Assembly: GCA_937874465.1 (NCBI GenBank)
Contig: CALNAX010000070.1
Location: forward strand, 53,476-117,475
Length of the DNA stretch: 64,000 bases
Direction of reading: 5' to 3'
Origin: an uncultured Bacillales bacterium
GTDB lineage: Bacteria; Bacillota_I; Bacilli_A; RFN20; CAG-288
A program made the translations under genes and the position numbers. The notes under the pieces are model-generated. The model was not told the DNA's origin. It searched no databases and saw only the letters and a list, made by a program, of their open reading frames with translations. This document shows, one piece after another, positions 9,044 through 17,748 of the stretch (the stretch's first letter is position 1; the number at the start of each line of letters is the position of its first letter).

Positions 9044-11578
9044 ATGGCTGCAACGGAAAGCGCGAAGTCGTCATTCGATGTCATTGCCATCGTCAGCAAG
9101 GCTAGAAAAGCCCAAAAGAAATTCACCGCTCTGCCCGAGGAGAAAGTAAACGAGATATTCAAGGCCGCGGCCCTGGCCGTCGACCAACAGGCCTTGCCCT
9201 TAGCCCAGCTGGCGGTCAGGGAAACCGGCATGGGTTCCGTTGAAGACAAGATATTCAAGAACAGGTTCGCGGCGGAGTTCACCTATAACGGCTATAGGAA
9301 CCTGACCGTGAAGAAAGAGTCAGACGAGACGGCTGGCCTGTTCTCCAAGCAGGAGCCAATCGGCGTGCTTGGAGCAGTCATTTCCCCCTTCGATCCGGTA
9401 TCGACAGCTGTCTATCTGGCTCTTTTGTCTATAAAGACCGGCGATGCCATCGTGTTCGTGCCCGCTAAGGAAACCATCGAGAGCACCGGCAAGGCCGTGG
9501 AAGCCATAGCTATGGCGGTGGAGAAGGCCGGGGGCCCTTCCGACCTGATTTCCTTCATTCCCGACGCATCGTCCAAGACGGTCTCCGCTTTGGTCTCGGC
9601 CTGTGACAAGACCTTCGTAAACGGAGCTTTGGATTTCCCGACCGCTTCCCTGCCCTTGGGCAAGACCATAGTCTCCAATGTCTTGCATACCGTCCCGGTC
9701 GTCATCGATGGCTCGGCCGACCTTGAGCAGGCGGCCTCGGGCATAATCCATTCCAAATCCTTCGACAATGGTCTTCATTTCAGTGCCGAGCAAAACGTGT
9801 TCGTGGTCAAGGATGCCTATTTGAAGTTCAGGGAATACCTTGCCCGATACGGTGCCTTTTTCCTGGCCCCGAAGGATTTGGCTGGATTGCGCACCGGTTT
9901 GTTCACCGACGGCAAATTAAACAAGTCGTTGGCCGGGAAGACCCCTAGGGAAATAGGGAAGGCGTTGGGGATCGATGTCCCACTCGCTACCCGCGTGTTG
10001 GTGGCCGAAATGAATAGCTTCGCGCCAGGCGAGATCCTCAATTCGAATAAGCTATGCCCCCTGTTGACCCTTTACAAGGTCGACGACTTCGATGAGGCAG
10101 TAAAGTATGCCCAATCGTCTTTGGGGGAAGAGAGCTATTCCCAGGTCGCGGTCATCTACGTGAATCCCCATAAGGCTGGCAAGATAAAACATTTCGCCAA
10201 GGCCGTCGATGCCATTCGCATCTTGGTAAATACCCCTGCGGCCCAGGGAAGCATGGGTGCCATATACAACACGCTCAAGCCTTGCCTGATGCTCGATAGC
10301 GAGAGCAACAGGATCGATGGCGATGGAAAATCGTTGCCCAATGACTTCTCCTTGACCAAGAGCGTGGTCTTGCGGCAGGAGCGGAAACCCGTAAACGATT
10401 CCTTCCTCGCGCCCAAAAAGCTGTTTGTCGGCAAGGATGCCTTGAAGAACGGACTGGACTTCGTAAGGAAGGAAATGGCCAAAGGCCTTATCGTCTTGGC
10501 TTTCGATGCCAAGGGCCAAGAATACAAGGACCTGGTTGTCGATAGGCTTGGCAAAGGGGCCGTAAAGAAGGATGGCGTGGTCTTTGTCGCCAATGGTTTC
10601 AAGGCTTCGGCCTTGCGCATCGCCTCGGCCCTCAAGAACACCAAGGCCAAGACGGTGGTGGCAGTTGGCTCCGACGAGGTCTTCTCGGACGCCAAGCTTG
10701 GCCGGGTGATGCTTGCCAATCCCAAGGTCGACTTGAAGGCCTTGACCTTGCCTTACCTAACCCCCGACAAAAGAATCGAACCGCTGCCGCTTACCGACAT
10801 AGGTCTCGTCACCGTGGCCACCGATCCTTGGTCACGCGAAGGCGTTAGCCAGGGCTTGTCCTATGAAGACAGGGATGGCATCCATCGCATCTTCGACAAA
10901 TCGCTAGTCCCCCAGGTCGCGATCATCGACAAGTCCCTGCTAAAGACCGTGACCGTGGCCGATAGCGAGAGTGCCTACGCCGCCTTGGCTAGGGCCTTAT
11001 CCGCCTATATCTCGTTGGCGGCGACGCCGGAGATAGACAAGAACTCCCTGAAGGCGGCAAAGGCAGCTCGCAAGCTCTTCAACAAGAAGTTCAACAAGGT
11101 CCATGCCATTGACTTGGGACTCAGCTCCGCCCTGGCCTTTTCCAATACCATCGGTGGCATCTCCGATGGCATCGCCAGAGCCATATCGGAGGAATTCGGC
11201 GTCAGCCAGGACAGCGCCCTGGCTGTTCTTCTCCCCGTTTCCTTGGCTCAGGTCTTCACCGATGCCCCGTTCAAGATGGGGACCAGCCCGGATTATCTGG
11301 TGCCCGACGCCAAGCGCAAGTTGGCCTTGTTTGCCAAGAGGCTCAAGCTATCCGGCAAGAGCGACGATCAATTGTTTGAGTCGCTGAAGAACTGGCTGGA
11401 CAACCTCCGGGTCGTCCACCACCTTCCCACCGGTCTTGCCGATCTTGGCATAACCCCGGCTGAGCTTAAGGCCAAGGCCTTGAAAACCGCCGAGAAGGCC
11501 TATGAATCGCAGGCCATCCTTTCATCCCCGTCCTATCCCAGGATTGAAGGCATCAAAGATTTGCTGTTGGTTCTATAG
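9044..11578 (+). CDS. AdhE-like two-domain (ALDH + Fe-ADH) homologue, apparently without catalytic residues
   Basis: ATG at 9044 follows GGAGGA. The N-terminal half aligns to AdhE (KARKAQKKF..EKVNEIFKAAALA..GMGSVEDKIFKN..ILVNTPAAQGS). The C-terminal half has the Fe-ADH layout. See the finding for the lost Cys, GGGS and His positions. Confidence 0.8.
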   Translation: MAATESAKSSFDVIAIVSKARKAQKKFTALPEEKVNEIFKAAALAVDQQALPLAQLAVRETGMGSVEDKIFKNRFAAEFTYNGYRNLTVKKESDETAGLFSKQEPIGVLGAVISPFDPVSTAVYLALLSIKTGDAIVFVPAKETIESTGKAVEAIAMAVEKAGGPSDLISFIPDASSKTVSALVSACDKTFVNGALDFPTASLPLGKTIVSNVLHTVPVVIDGSADLEQAASGIIHSKSFDNGLHFSAEQNVFVVKDAYLKFREYLARYGAFFLAPKDLAGLRTGLFTDGKLNKSLAGKTPREIGKALGIDVPLATRVLVAEMNSFAPGEILNSNKLCPLLTLYKVDDFDEAVKYAQSSLGEESYSQVAVIYVNPHKAGKIKHFAKAVDAIRILVNTPAAQGSMGAIYNTLKPCLMLDSESNRIDGDGKSLPNDFSLTKSVVLRQERKPVNDSFLAPKKLFVGKDALKNGLDFVRKEMAKGLIVLAFDAKGQEYKDLVVDRLGKGAVKKDGVVFVANGFKASALRIASALKNTKAKTVVAVGSDEVFSDAKLGRVMLANPKVDLKALTLPYLTPDKRIEPLPLTDIGLVTVATDPWSREGVSQGLSYEDRDGIHRIFDKSLVPQVAIIDKSLLKTVTVADSESAYAALARALSAYISLAATPEIDKNSLKAAKAARKLFNKKFNKVHAIDLGLSSALAFSNTIGGISDGIARAISEEFGVSQDSALAVLLPVSLAQVFTDAPFKMGTSPDYLVPDAKRKLALFAKRLKLSGKSDDQLFESLKNWLDNLRVVHHLPTGLADLGITPAELKAKALKTAEKAYESQAILSSPSYPRIEGIKDLLLVL

Positions 11579-11607
11579 AATTATAATAAGTTGTCAATTA
11601 CGAAAAG

Positions 11608-11636
11608 CAGTGGCCTTACGGTCACTGTTTCTGTTT
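11608..11636 (+). terminator. terminator after the AdhE-like gene
   Basis: CAGTGGCC (11608-11615), loop TTAC, GGTCACTG (11620-11627), then TTTCTGTTT. It overlaps the hpt stop codon. Confidence 0.5.
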
Positions 11637-12236
11637 GGCCTCTAGCGCTGCCTCGCTGGCATCCTCCTTGGCTATGGCATCTAGCTTTTCGATGTCTTCT
11701 TGTGCCATGGCATAGACGGCGAAGATGTTCCTGAGCAATCCGTTATAGTCCAAACCATAGCCTATCAAGAACTTGTTCTGGTCGTAGGTCAGCCCGCAAT
11801 AGTCGACCTTGACGTCGTATTTTCGACGCGGGGTCTTGTTTATCAGGAAGACGTTTATAAGTGATTTGGCCTTCTTCTTCTCGATAAGGTATTTATCAAG
11901 GAAGTAGGAAGTTAGACCCGTATCGATGACATCGTCTATTATCACGACTTCCTTGCCGGTGACATCCACGGACAAGTCCATCTTTATGTTTATCTTGCCC
12001 GTGGACTTGGTACCGGAATAGGAGGAGACATCCATGAAGTCCAAGTCGACGATGGTCTTCATCTTGCGGACGATGTCGCACATGAAGGGGGCTCCGCCCT
12101 TGAGTATCCCCACTACTACTGGCAAGGTCTTGTCATTGGATAGTCTTTGGTCAAGCCTGTTGGCGATGTCGGTAGTGATTCTCTCGATGTCGGAATGGTG
12201 CAATATCTTTTCCCCAATGAGAATCTCTTTGTTCAT
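11622..12236 (-). CDS. hpt: hypoxanthine phosphoribosyltransferase
   Basis: 204 aa. PRPP loop VVIIDDVIDTGLT and GILKGGAPF. It carries an acidic tail of about 25 aa beyond the usual length. Confidence 0.9.
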   Translation of the reverse strand: MNKEILIGEKILHHSDIERITTDIANRLDQRLSNDKTLPVVVGILKGGAPFMCDIVRKMKTIVDLDFMDVSSYSGTKSTGKINIKMDLSVDVTGKEVVIIDDVIDTGLTSYFLDKYLIEKKKAKSLINVFLINKTPRRKYDVKVDYCGLTYDQNKFLIGYGLDYNGLLRNIFAVYAMAQEDIEKLDAIAKEDASEAALEAKQKQ

Positions 12237-12269
12237 GGCCTATCCTTTCCTGACTTTTTTATCAAATAG

Positions 12270-12278
12270 AGTCTAGCA
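12270..12278 (-). promoter_or_regulatory. extended -10 element for hpt
   Basis: The minus strand reads TGCTAGACT. An AGGAAAGGA SD follows before the ATG. Confidence 0.45.
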
Positions 12279-12313
12279 AAAAACAGGACGATGGAGGATA
12301 AACAACCGAATAG

Positions 12314-12892
12314 TTAGGCCATTATCTCCTTTATTCTCTTTTGCAGGTAGGGGATCACCTCTTCCTTGTACCAGGGATTGTGACTAAGCCAAATGCCATT
12401 GCGGGGCGAGGGATGGACCAAAGGCAAAAAGTCTGGCAAATACTCCTTATAGGCCCTTATGTTATCGGTGACGGTTCTCTTCCTCTTGTCTTTCAAATAG
12501 AAGGCCTGGGCATACTGACCGATGAGGATCGTAAGCTTTATGTTCTTAAGCTCCTTAAGGATTAGGGGGTGGTATTTCTCGGCAAATTCAATACGAGGAG
12601 GCAGGTCCCCAGATTTGCCCTTGCCCGGGTAATAGAAGTCCATCGGTATGATGGCGAGCATGTTGGAGTCATAGAAGAAGGTCCTGTCGACACCTAGCCA
12701 GGTCCGCAGCCTATCGCCGCTTGGGTCATCCCAGAACCTCATCTTGGTCTGGGCCTTGATTCCCGGAGCCTGTCCTATTATCAGGATTCGCGCTTCTTCA
12801 GGCATGGAATAAAGGGGCTTGATGCCTGCCTTGGTGAACTTCTCGTCCATGGGATCGGCCATTATCATCTTGTCTATTTCCGCTTTGTCCAT
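12314..12892 (-). CDS. uracil-DNA glycosylase superfamily protein
   Basis: 192 aa. IIGQAPG and HPSPRN motifs are typical of the UDG fold. The subfamily is not assigned. Confidence 0.7.
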   Translation of the reverse strand: MDKAEIDKMIMADPMDEKFTKAGIKPLYSMPEEARILIIGQAPGIKAQTKMRFWDDPSGDRLRTWLGVDRTFFYDSNMLAIIPMDFYYPGKGKSGDLPPRIEFAEKYHPLILKELKNIKLTILIGQYAQAFYLKDKRKRTVTDNIRAYKEYLPDFLPLVHPSPRNGIWLSHNPWYKEEVIPYLQKRIKEIMA

Positions 12893-12950
12893 AAGGGTAA
12901 CCTCAGTCTAAGTATATCTTTCGTGTCAGTGATTCCACGCCAGCGCATAC

Positions 12951-12978
12951 AAAAAAAACGGGGTATGTCTTGTGCCCC
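12951..12978 (-). terminator. strong orphan intrinsic terminator upstream of the UDG gene
   Basis: The minus strand reads GGGGCA-CAAGACA-TACCCC followed by G and eight T. No annotated gene lies immediately upstream of it on that strand. Confidence 0.7.
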
Positions 12979-13146
12979 ATCGCGATTACTTTTCCTTTAC
13001 GATCTTTCCTAAGGCGATCGGCAAGGTGACGTGGCTGTCGTACTTGCCTACCATCCCCTTCACTGATCATTGTATGCAAAATCCGTTTTTTCATTGCCTT
13101 GATGCTCATGTCTAAGAAGAATTGCCATAAAGGGTCCGAAAGCAAT

Positions 13147-13170
13147 AAAAAAGGCGACCCATTGGGTCGC
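13147..13170 (-). terminator. terminator of tRNA-Leu
   Basis: The minus strand reads GCGACCC-AAT-GGGTCGC followed by CTTTTTT, 20 nt downstream of the tRNA 3' end. Confidence 0.65.
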
Positions 13171-13189
13171 TTCGACAATTGCCAATCAA

Positions 13190-13276
13190 TGGTGCCCGGG
13201 GCGGGAATTGAACCCGCATGACCTCGCGGTCGCAGGATTTTGAGTCCTGTGCGTCTGCCAGTTCCGCCACCCGGGC
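13190..13276 (-). tRNA. tRNA-Leu (anticodon CAA), long variable arm, CCA encoded
   Basis: The reverse complement is GCCCGGGTGGCGGAACTGGCAGACGCACAGGACTCAAAATCCTGCGACCGCGAGGTCATGCGGGTTCAATTCCCGCCCCGGGCACCA. The T loop is canonical (TTCAATT). Confidence 0.9.
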
Positions 13277-13292
13277 TTCAGGCGCAAAAAGA

Positions 13293-13301
13293 ATATTAGC
13301 A
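13293..13301 (-). promoter_or_regulatory. extended -10 element for tRNA-Leu
   Basis: The minus strand reads TGCTAATAT, 16 nt upstream of the tRNA 5' end. Confidence 0.5.
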
Positions 13302-13403
13302 CCCCTTTGCCCATTGTTCCATACTTTTTTGCTCTTATTGTCCTTTTTGTTTTAATTTTCGGCTTGGCAATCTAAAATAAGGAAACATGAAGGCCAGCCG
13401 GAA

Positions 13404-13847
13404 ATGTCACAGGAAAAGTCCAGGGTAATGCGCTATGCCGACTTGAGACGCAAGATAGAGAACATGTCCTATTTTTCCCTGGGCGGATCCGTTAAATCGG
13501 AATTCACGCCCGACAACGACAGCCTGTCATCTACCCCCAGCGCTTCGCAAGGCTCGGTGGTTAAGCACAACACCTTGACCATACCCCTAGACGAATTGCT
13601 CTCCGAGACGCCGGGCAAGAGCCGGAGGCTCAGCCGGGCCGCTGCCAATACCCAGGAGCTCAAGAAGATCGACGAACCGGTCCTGAACAAGAGCACCAAG
13701 CGCCATCGCTATTACTATGGCGAGAGAGTCGGGATGGGGACACCCCGCAAGAACAAATATGGGCAGTGGTGGATTTGGGTTATAGTAGGTATCGTTTGCC
13801 TGGGATTGGTAGCGGGGATAATCTACCTGGCGATTGCGAATTCATAG
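13404..13847 (+). CDS. hypothetical single-pass membrane protein
   Basis: 147 aa with a C-terminal TM segment WWIWVIVGIVCLGLVAGIIYLAI. The SD is weak and the start is uncertain (alternative ATG at 13428). Confidence 0.5.
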   Translation: MSQEKSRVMRYADLRRKIENMSYFSLGGSVKSEFTPDNDSLSSTPSASQGSVVKHNTLTIPLDELLSETPGKSRRLSRAAANTQELKKIDEPVLNKSTKRHRYYYGERVGMGTPRKNKYGQWWIWVIVGIVCLGLVAGIIYLAIANS

Positions 13848-13862
13848 AAAGGAGGGGAGATC

Positions 13863-14528
13863 ATGAGCATTGCCATTGCCATAGACGGTCCGGCGGGGGC
13901 GGGAAAATCCACCATCGCCAAGTTGGTCGCAAGGAGATTGGGCTTTACCTATGTCGATACCGGTGCCATGTATCGGGCCGTCGCCTTGGCCGTCATCCAA
14001 CTGGGCAAGGACCCTTTGGACAAGGAGGAGGTCATCGCGGTCTTGCCTTCAATCTCGATTGGGCTCACCAGCGACGACAAGGTCTTCTTGAACGGCAAGG
14101 ACGTCACCGCAGCCATAAGGACACCCAAGGTGACCGAGTTCTCCTCGCCGGTTTCGGCCATTCCCGAAGTGCGCACCTATTGCGTCGCCAGGCAGCGGGA
14201 GATGGCAAACTCCATTGACGTTGTCATGGACGGGAGGGACATAGGGACCAATGTCCTGCCCCAGGCCCAGGTAAAGGTCTTCATGGTTGCCTCCGCTCAG
14301 ACAAGAGCTCATAGGCGCTACCTGGAATTGATTGCCAAGGGTGTCAAGGCTGACGAGAAGGAAATACTTGATGATATAAACAAGCGCGATTATGCCGACT
14401 CCAATAGGAAATACAATCCCTTGAGGAAGGCTGAGGATGCCATTGAAATCGATACTTCCAAGATGACGATAGCCCAGGTCGTGGACGAAGTGCTGAATGT
14501 CTATCGGGAGAAAACCAAAAGCGTATGA
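13863..14528 (+). CDS. cmk: cytidylate kinase
   Basis: IAIDGPAGAGKST P-loop and 221 aa length. GGAGGGGAG SD. Confidence 0.95.
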   Translation: MSIAIAIDGPAGAGKSTIAKLVARRLGFTYVDTGAMYRAVALAVIQLGKDPLDKEEVIAVLPSISIGLTSDDKVFLNGKDVTAAIRTPKVTEFSSPVSAIPEVRTYCVARQREMANSIDVVMDGRDIGTNVLPQAQVKVFMVASAQTRAHRRYLELIAKGVKADEKEILDDINKRDYADSNRKYNPLRKAEDAIEIDTSKMTIAQVVDEVLNVYREKTKSV

Positions 14529-15874
14529 ACGTTTTGCCAAAAGTCGCCTTGGTCGGTGAGCCATCCGCCGGAAAGTCCACTCTTTTCAACCGCTTGGTTC
14601 ATGAACGTAAGGCCATAGTCGGTGAGACTCGGGGGATAACCAGGGACCGGCTTTACGGCAAGGCCGAATGGCTTGGCCGGCCCTTCATTTTGATCGACAC
14701 CGGTGGCATCACCATCGACAACCAGCCTTTTGCCAAGCAGATTGAGGCCCAGGCGGAGATAGCGGCCAACGAAGCCGACGTGATTGTCTTCCTGGTGGAT
14801 GGGAGACGCGGAATCACGCCCGATACCCAACAGGTGACGAAGGTCCTTGCCAAGGTGCGCAAGAGGGTCATCCTTTGCGTAAACAAGATCGATGACCAGT
14901 CCTTGATAGGCGATGCGTATTCTTTCTATCCTCTTGGCTTTGGGGATCCCCAAGTGATCTCGGCCGAGCAGGGCATTGGAGTGGGAGAGCTTTTGGAAGC
15001 CGTAACTTCCCGCTTCCCCAAGGAGGAGGACAAGGCTTTGACCACTGAGCCGGTCGAGGAGGACAAGGCCCTGTCCTTTGCCGTGATCGGTAGGCCCAAT
15101 GTCGGGAAGTCTTCTTTGGTCAATGCGATATTGGGTAACCCCAGGACTTTGGTCTCCCCGATTGCGGGCACTACCAGGGATGCGGTGGACACGCCCTTCG
15201 TAAGGGATGGCAAGAAATACGTGGCTATCGATACCGCCGGTCTCAAGAAACGCGGGAAGATCTATGAGGCGATCGACAAGTATGCGGCCCTGAGGGCCCT
15301 TTCGGCAGTGCAGAAATGCGCGGTGGCCCTTTGCGTAATCCAAGCCGACATGGAACTGAGCCAACAGGACAAGAACATTATAGGGATTGCCTTGGAAGCC
15401 TCTAAGCCTTTGGTCATCGTGGTCAACAAATGGGACATCCATGACAAGGCCGAGACCGACATGGACAAGTTCAAGACCAATCTCACCTACCTTCTCCCCT
15501 TCGTGACCTATGCCCCGGTCGTCTTTGTCTCGGCCAAGAACGGGCAGGGCCTGGACAAGCTCTTCCAGGCGATGGATATGGTCTACAAACAGGCCGGGAC
15601 CAGGGTCCCGACCGCCTTGCTGAATTCCGTCGTCAGCGACGCCCAGCAGGCCAACGAGACCCCCCTGTTCCATGGGGGCCGACTGAAGATCGGCTATGCG
15701 GCCCAGGTCGGTTCCTATCCTCCGACCTTCGTCTTGTTCGTGAACAACCCCGATTTCATGCACTTCTCCTATCAGCGCTACCTTGAGACCACCTTCAGGA
15801 ACACCTTCCATTTGGAGAATGTGCCGGTCAAGATAATCCTCAGGGCCAAGAAAACCGGCGGTTTCGAGCTTTGA
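14525..15874 (+). CDS. der: ribosome-associated GTPase Der/EngA
   Basis: Two G domains (GEPSAGKST and GRPNVGKSS) plus a KH-like C-terminus. ATGA overlap with cmk. Confidence 0.95.
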   Translation: MNVLPKVALVGEPSAGKSTLFNRLVHERKAIVGETRGITRDRLYGKAEWLGRPFILIDTGGITIDNQPFAKQIEAQAEIAANEADVIVFLVDGRRGITPDTQQVTKVLAKVRKRVILCVNKIDDQSLIGDAYSFYPLGFGDPQVISAEQGIGVGELLEAVTSRFPKEEDKALTTEPVEEDKALSFAVIGRPNVGKSSLVNAILGNPRTLVSPIAGTTRDAVDTPFVRDGKKYVAIDTAGLKKRGKIYEAIDKYAALRALSAVQKCAVALCVIQADMELSQQDKNIIGIALEASKPLVIVVNKWDIHDKAETDMDKFKTNLTYLLPFVTYAPVVFVSAKNGQGLDKLFQAMDMVYKQAGTRVPTALLNSVVSDAQQANETPLFHGGRLKIGYAAQVGSYPPTFVLFVNNPDFMHFSYQRYLETTFRNTFHLENVPVKIILRAKKTGGFEL

Positions 15875-15921
15875 GGGGCTATCCTTTGCCTTAGAATAAG
15901 GCGAAGGCATTGGAGGCAAGG

Positions 15922-16923
15922 ATGAGAGCAACAGTGTTGGGAGCCGGAGCCTGGGGAACCGCCCTGGCCCAGGTCCTTTCCGATAACGACAACGAGGTCG
16001 TCCTTTGGGACCGGGTCGAGGCCACGGTCAGGGACATAAACGAGAACCACAGGAATTCCCATTATTTCGGGGACTTGGCTTTCTCTCCCAAGCTAAAGGC
16101 CACCATGGATTTGGCCAGCGCCTTGAGCGATGCTGGGCTTTTGGTCATGGCCGTCCCCACCTTTGCCGTGGCGGAAGTCACCGAGAAGGTCAGTCCGCTG
16201 CTGGACGACCGTCCCTATGTGGTCTCCGTCTCCAAGGGCTTTGATCCGACCACGGGGAAACTCATGTCCGAGACCATAAGGGACAATAGCGATCCTACGA
16301 AGATAAAGGGCATCGTGACACTGTCTGGACCATCCTTTGCCGTGGAGGTAGCCGCTAGGATGGCGACGGCTGTCACCTGCGCCTGCCCCGACGTCTCCTT
16401 GGCCGAGGAGGTCCAGTCGTTCTTCTCCAATGAGTATTTCCGCTCCTACTCCAACGACGATCAGGTTGGCGTCGAGCTGGCCGGTGCCATAAAGAACGTC
16501 ATCGCCGTGGCTTCCGGCTGCCTTGAAGGCCTTGGCTTCAAGACCAACACCCGGGCCGCCCTCATCACCAGGGGGCTTAAGGAGATGTCGCGGTTCGTGA
16601 TGAGCCAGGGCGGTAAGGCGGAGACCTTGTTCGGCCTGGCCGGAGTCGGCGATTTGGTCTTGACCTGCTCGTCCTCCGAGTCCAGGAACTTCCAGGTCGG
16701 CTATGCCATAGGCAAGACTCGCGATGCCAAGAAGGTGTTGGCCGAGAACAAGTTGACGGCGGAGGGAGTCAAGACTTCCCAGATAGTCCATGAGAAGGCC
16801 CTTGAGGCCAAAGTTGACATGCCCATCTGCGAGAGCGTCTACCAGGTTCTCTTCCACGGCAAGGACCCGCGCACCATGGTGGACATCTTGATGAAGCGCC
16901 CCCTCAAGGCGGAGCACGAATAA
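15922..16923 (+). CDS. gpsA: NAD(P)H-dependent glycerol-3-phosphate dehydrogenase
   Basis: VLGAGAWGTALA Rossmann motif. The ATG at 15922 follows GGAGG. The ORF track opens at the TTG at 15910. Confidence 0.93.
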   Translation: MRATVLGAGAWGTALAQVLSDNDNEVVLWDRVEATVRDINENHRNSHYFGDLAFSPKLKATMDLASALSDAGLLVMAVPTFAVAEVTEKVSPLLDDRPYVVSVSKGFDPTTGKLMSETIRDNSDPTKIKGIVTLSGPSFAVEVAARMATAVTCACPDVSLAEEVQSFFSNEYFRSYSNDDQVGVELAGAIKNVIAVASGCLEGLGFKTNTRAALITRGLKEMSRFVMSQGGKAETLFGLAGVGDLVLTCSSSESRNFQVGYAIGKTRDAKKVLAENKLTAEGVKTSQIVHEKALEAKVDMPICESVYQVLFHGKDPRTMVDILMKRPLKAEHE

Positions 16924-16937
16924 AAGCCGGCCCCTTG

Positions 16938-16946
16938 TGCTACAAT
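16938..16946 (+). promoter_or_regulatory. extended -10 element for gpsB
   Basis: TGCTACAAT, 21 nt upstream of the gpsB ATG, with GGGAGAA between them. Confidence 0.5.
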
Positions 16947-16967
16947 TTACAACCGTGGGAGAACGCT

Positions 16968-17333
16968 ATGCCTCTGAAGCTTAAGCTAAGTGCGGACGAG
17001 ATCTACAACAAGGAATTCACCGGTTCCAAATCCGGCTATGACTGTCTCCAGGTCGACACGATGCTGGATTCGGTCATCGCGGATTACGAAGCGATGGACG
17101 GCTATGTCAACAAGACCGATGCCCGCGTGGCCGAACTCGAGAAATACAACAAGATCCTCAACGACCGCGTCACCAAACTCGAGACCGACAACGCCATCCT
17201 CCAGAAGAAGCTCAGCGACTTCACTGGTCCCCTGCCGGAGACCAATGGGGACAACCTCGACCTGCTTAAACGCGTGTCTAAGCTGGAAGAGGCTTTGTAC
17301 AAGCTGGGAGGCGATCCCACGAAGATAAAGTAG
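16968..17333 (+). CDS. gpsB: DivIVA-domain cell-cycle protein GpsB
   Basis: LSADEIYNKEFTGSKSGYDCLQVDTMLDSVIADYEA (DivIVA N-domain) plus C-terminal LDLLKRVSKLEEALYKLGG. It lies next to rnpB, as I recall for Bacillus subtilis. Confidence 0.8.
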   Translation: MPLKLKLSADEIYNKEFTGSKSGYDCLQVDTMLDSVIADYEAMDGYVNKTDARVAELEKYNKILNDRVTKLETDNAILQKKLSDFTGPLPETNGDNLDLLKRVSKLEEALYKLGGDPTKIK

Positions 17334-17343
17334 GCAGAGAAAG

Positions 17344-17706
17344 AAAAGTCCTGACCCGAGCGGCTGCTAGCGCCTTGTGCGTTAGAGGAAAGTCCATGCT
17401 CGCGCCGCCTGTGACGACGGCAGTGTTTGCGCCAGCGGAAACGATAACGCTGGGTACAGGTTCGAGGGAGCCTGTAACGGCGGGATGAAGGCCCAAAGCT
17501 TCGGCCATGGCCTTCGTCCCATAATGCTCCACAGTGACGAATCCCTGGGGAAACCCCGGGAGTGAAACGCGGAAAGCCCCACAAGCGAGAAACCTAAATT
17601 TTGGTAAGGGAGATCCCAAGGGAGAAACGAATCCCAAAGGGTGGGTGTCAAAGCCCAGATAAATTGCCGCTCTCGACAAAACATGGCTTATAGGGTTGGG
17701 TAAATC
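17344..17706 (+). ncRNA. rnpB: RNase P RNA, type B (Bacillus type); ends approximate to about 15 nt
   Basis: GAGGAAAGTCCATGCTCGC starts at 17385. Also present: CACAGTGACGAA, GAAACGCGGAAAGCCCC, AGCGAGAAACCTAAATTTTGGTAAGGG and ACAAAACATGGCTTA (17676-17690). P1 pairs CCTGACCC (17350-17357) with GGGTTGGG (17693-17700). Confidence 0.9.
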
Positions 17707-17748
17707 CCTCTTTCTTTGGAAAACACGATGAAAGGAAGGCGCTGGAAA

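Noticed and set aside
12986-13140. Identification of the orphan intergenic region as SRP (4.5S) RNA or a fluoride or other known riboswitch.
   Set aside because: I found only a loose resemblance (GACAGCC versus the SRP GCAGCC block, and a GGCAAG loop). It lacks the conserved GGAA tetraloop and symmetric-loop context, and no crcB-type pseudoknot is present. I cannot support any named family without a covariance-model search.
12903-13178. 91-aa minus-strand ORF between the UDG gene and tRNA-Leu.
   Set aside because: It reads straight through two intrinsic terminator hairpins, has no SD, and gives a basic low-complexity product. The region is treated as a possible non-coding transcript instead.
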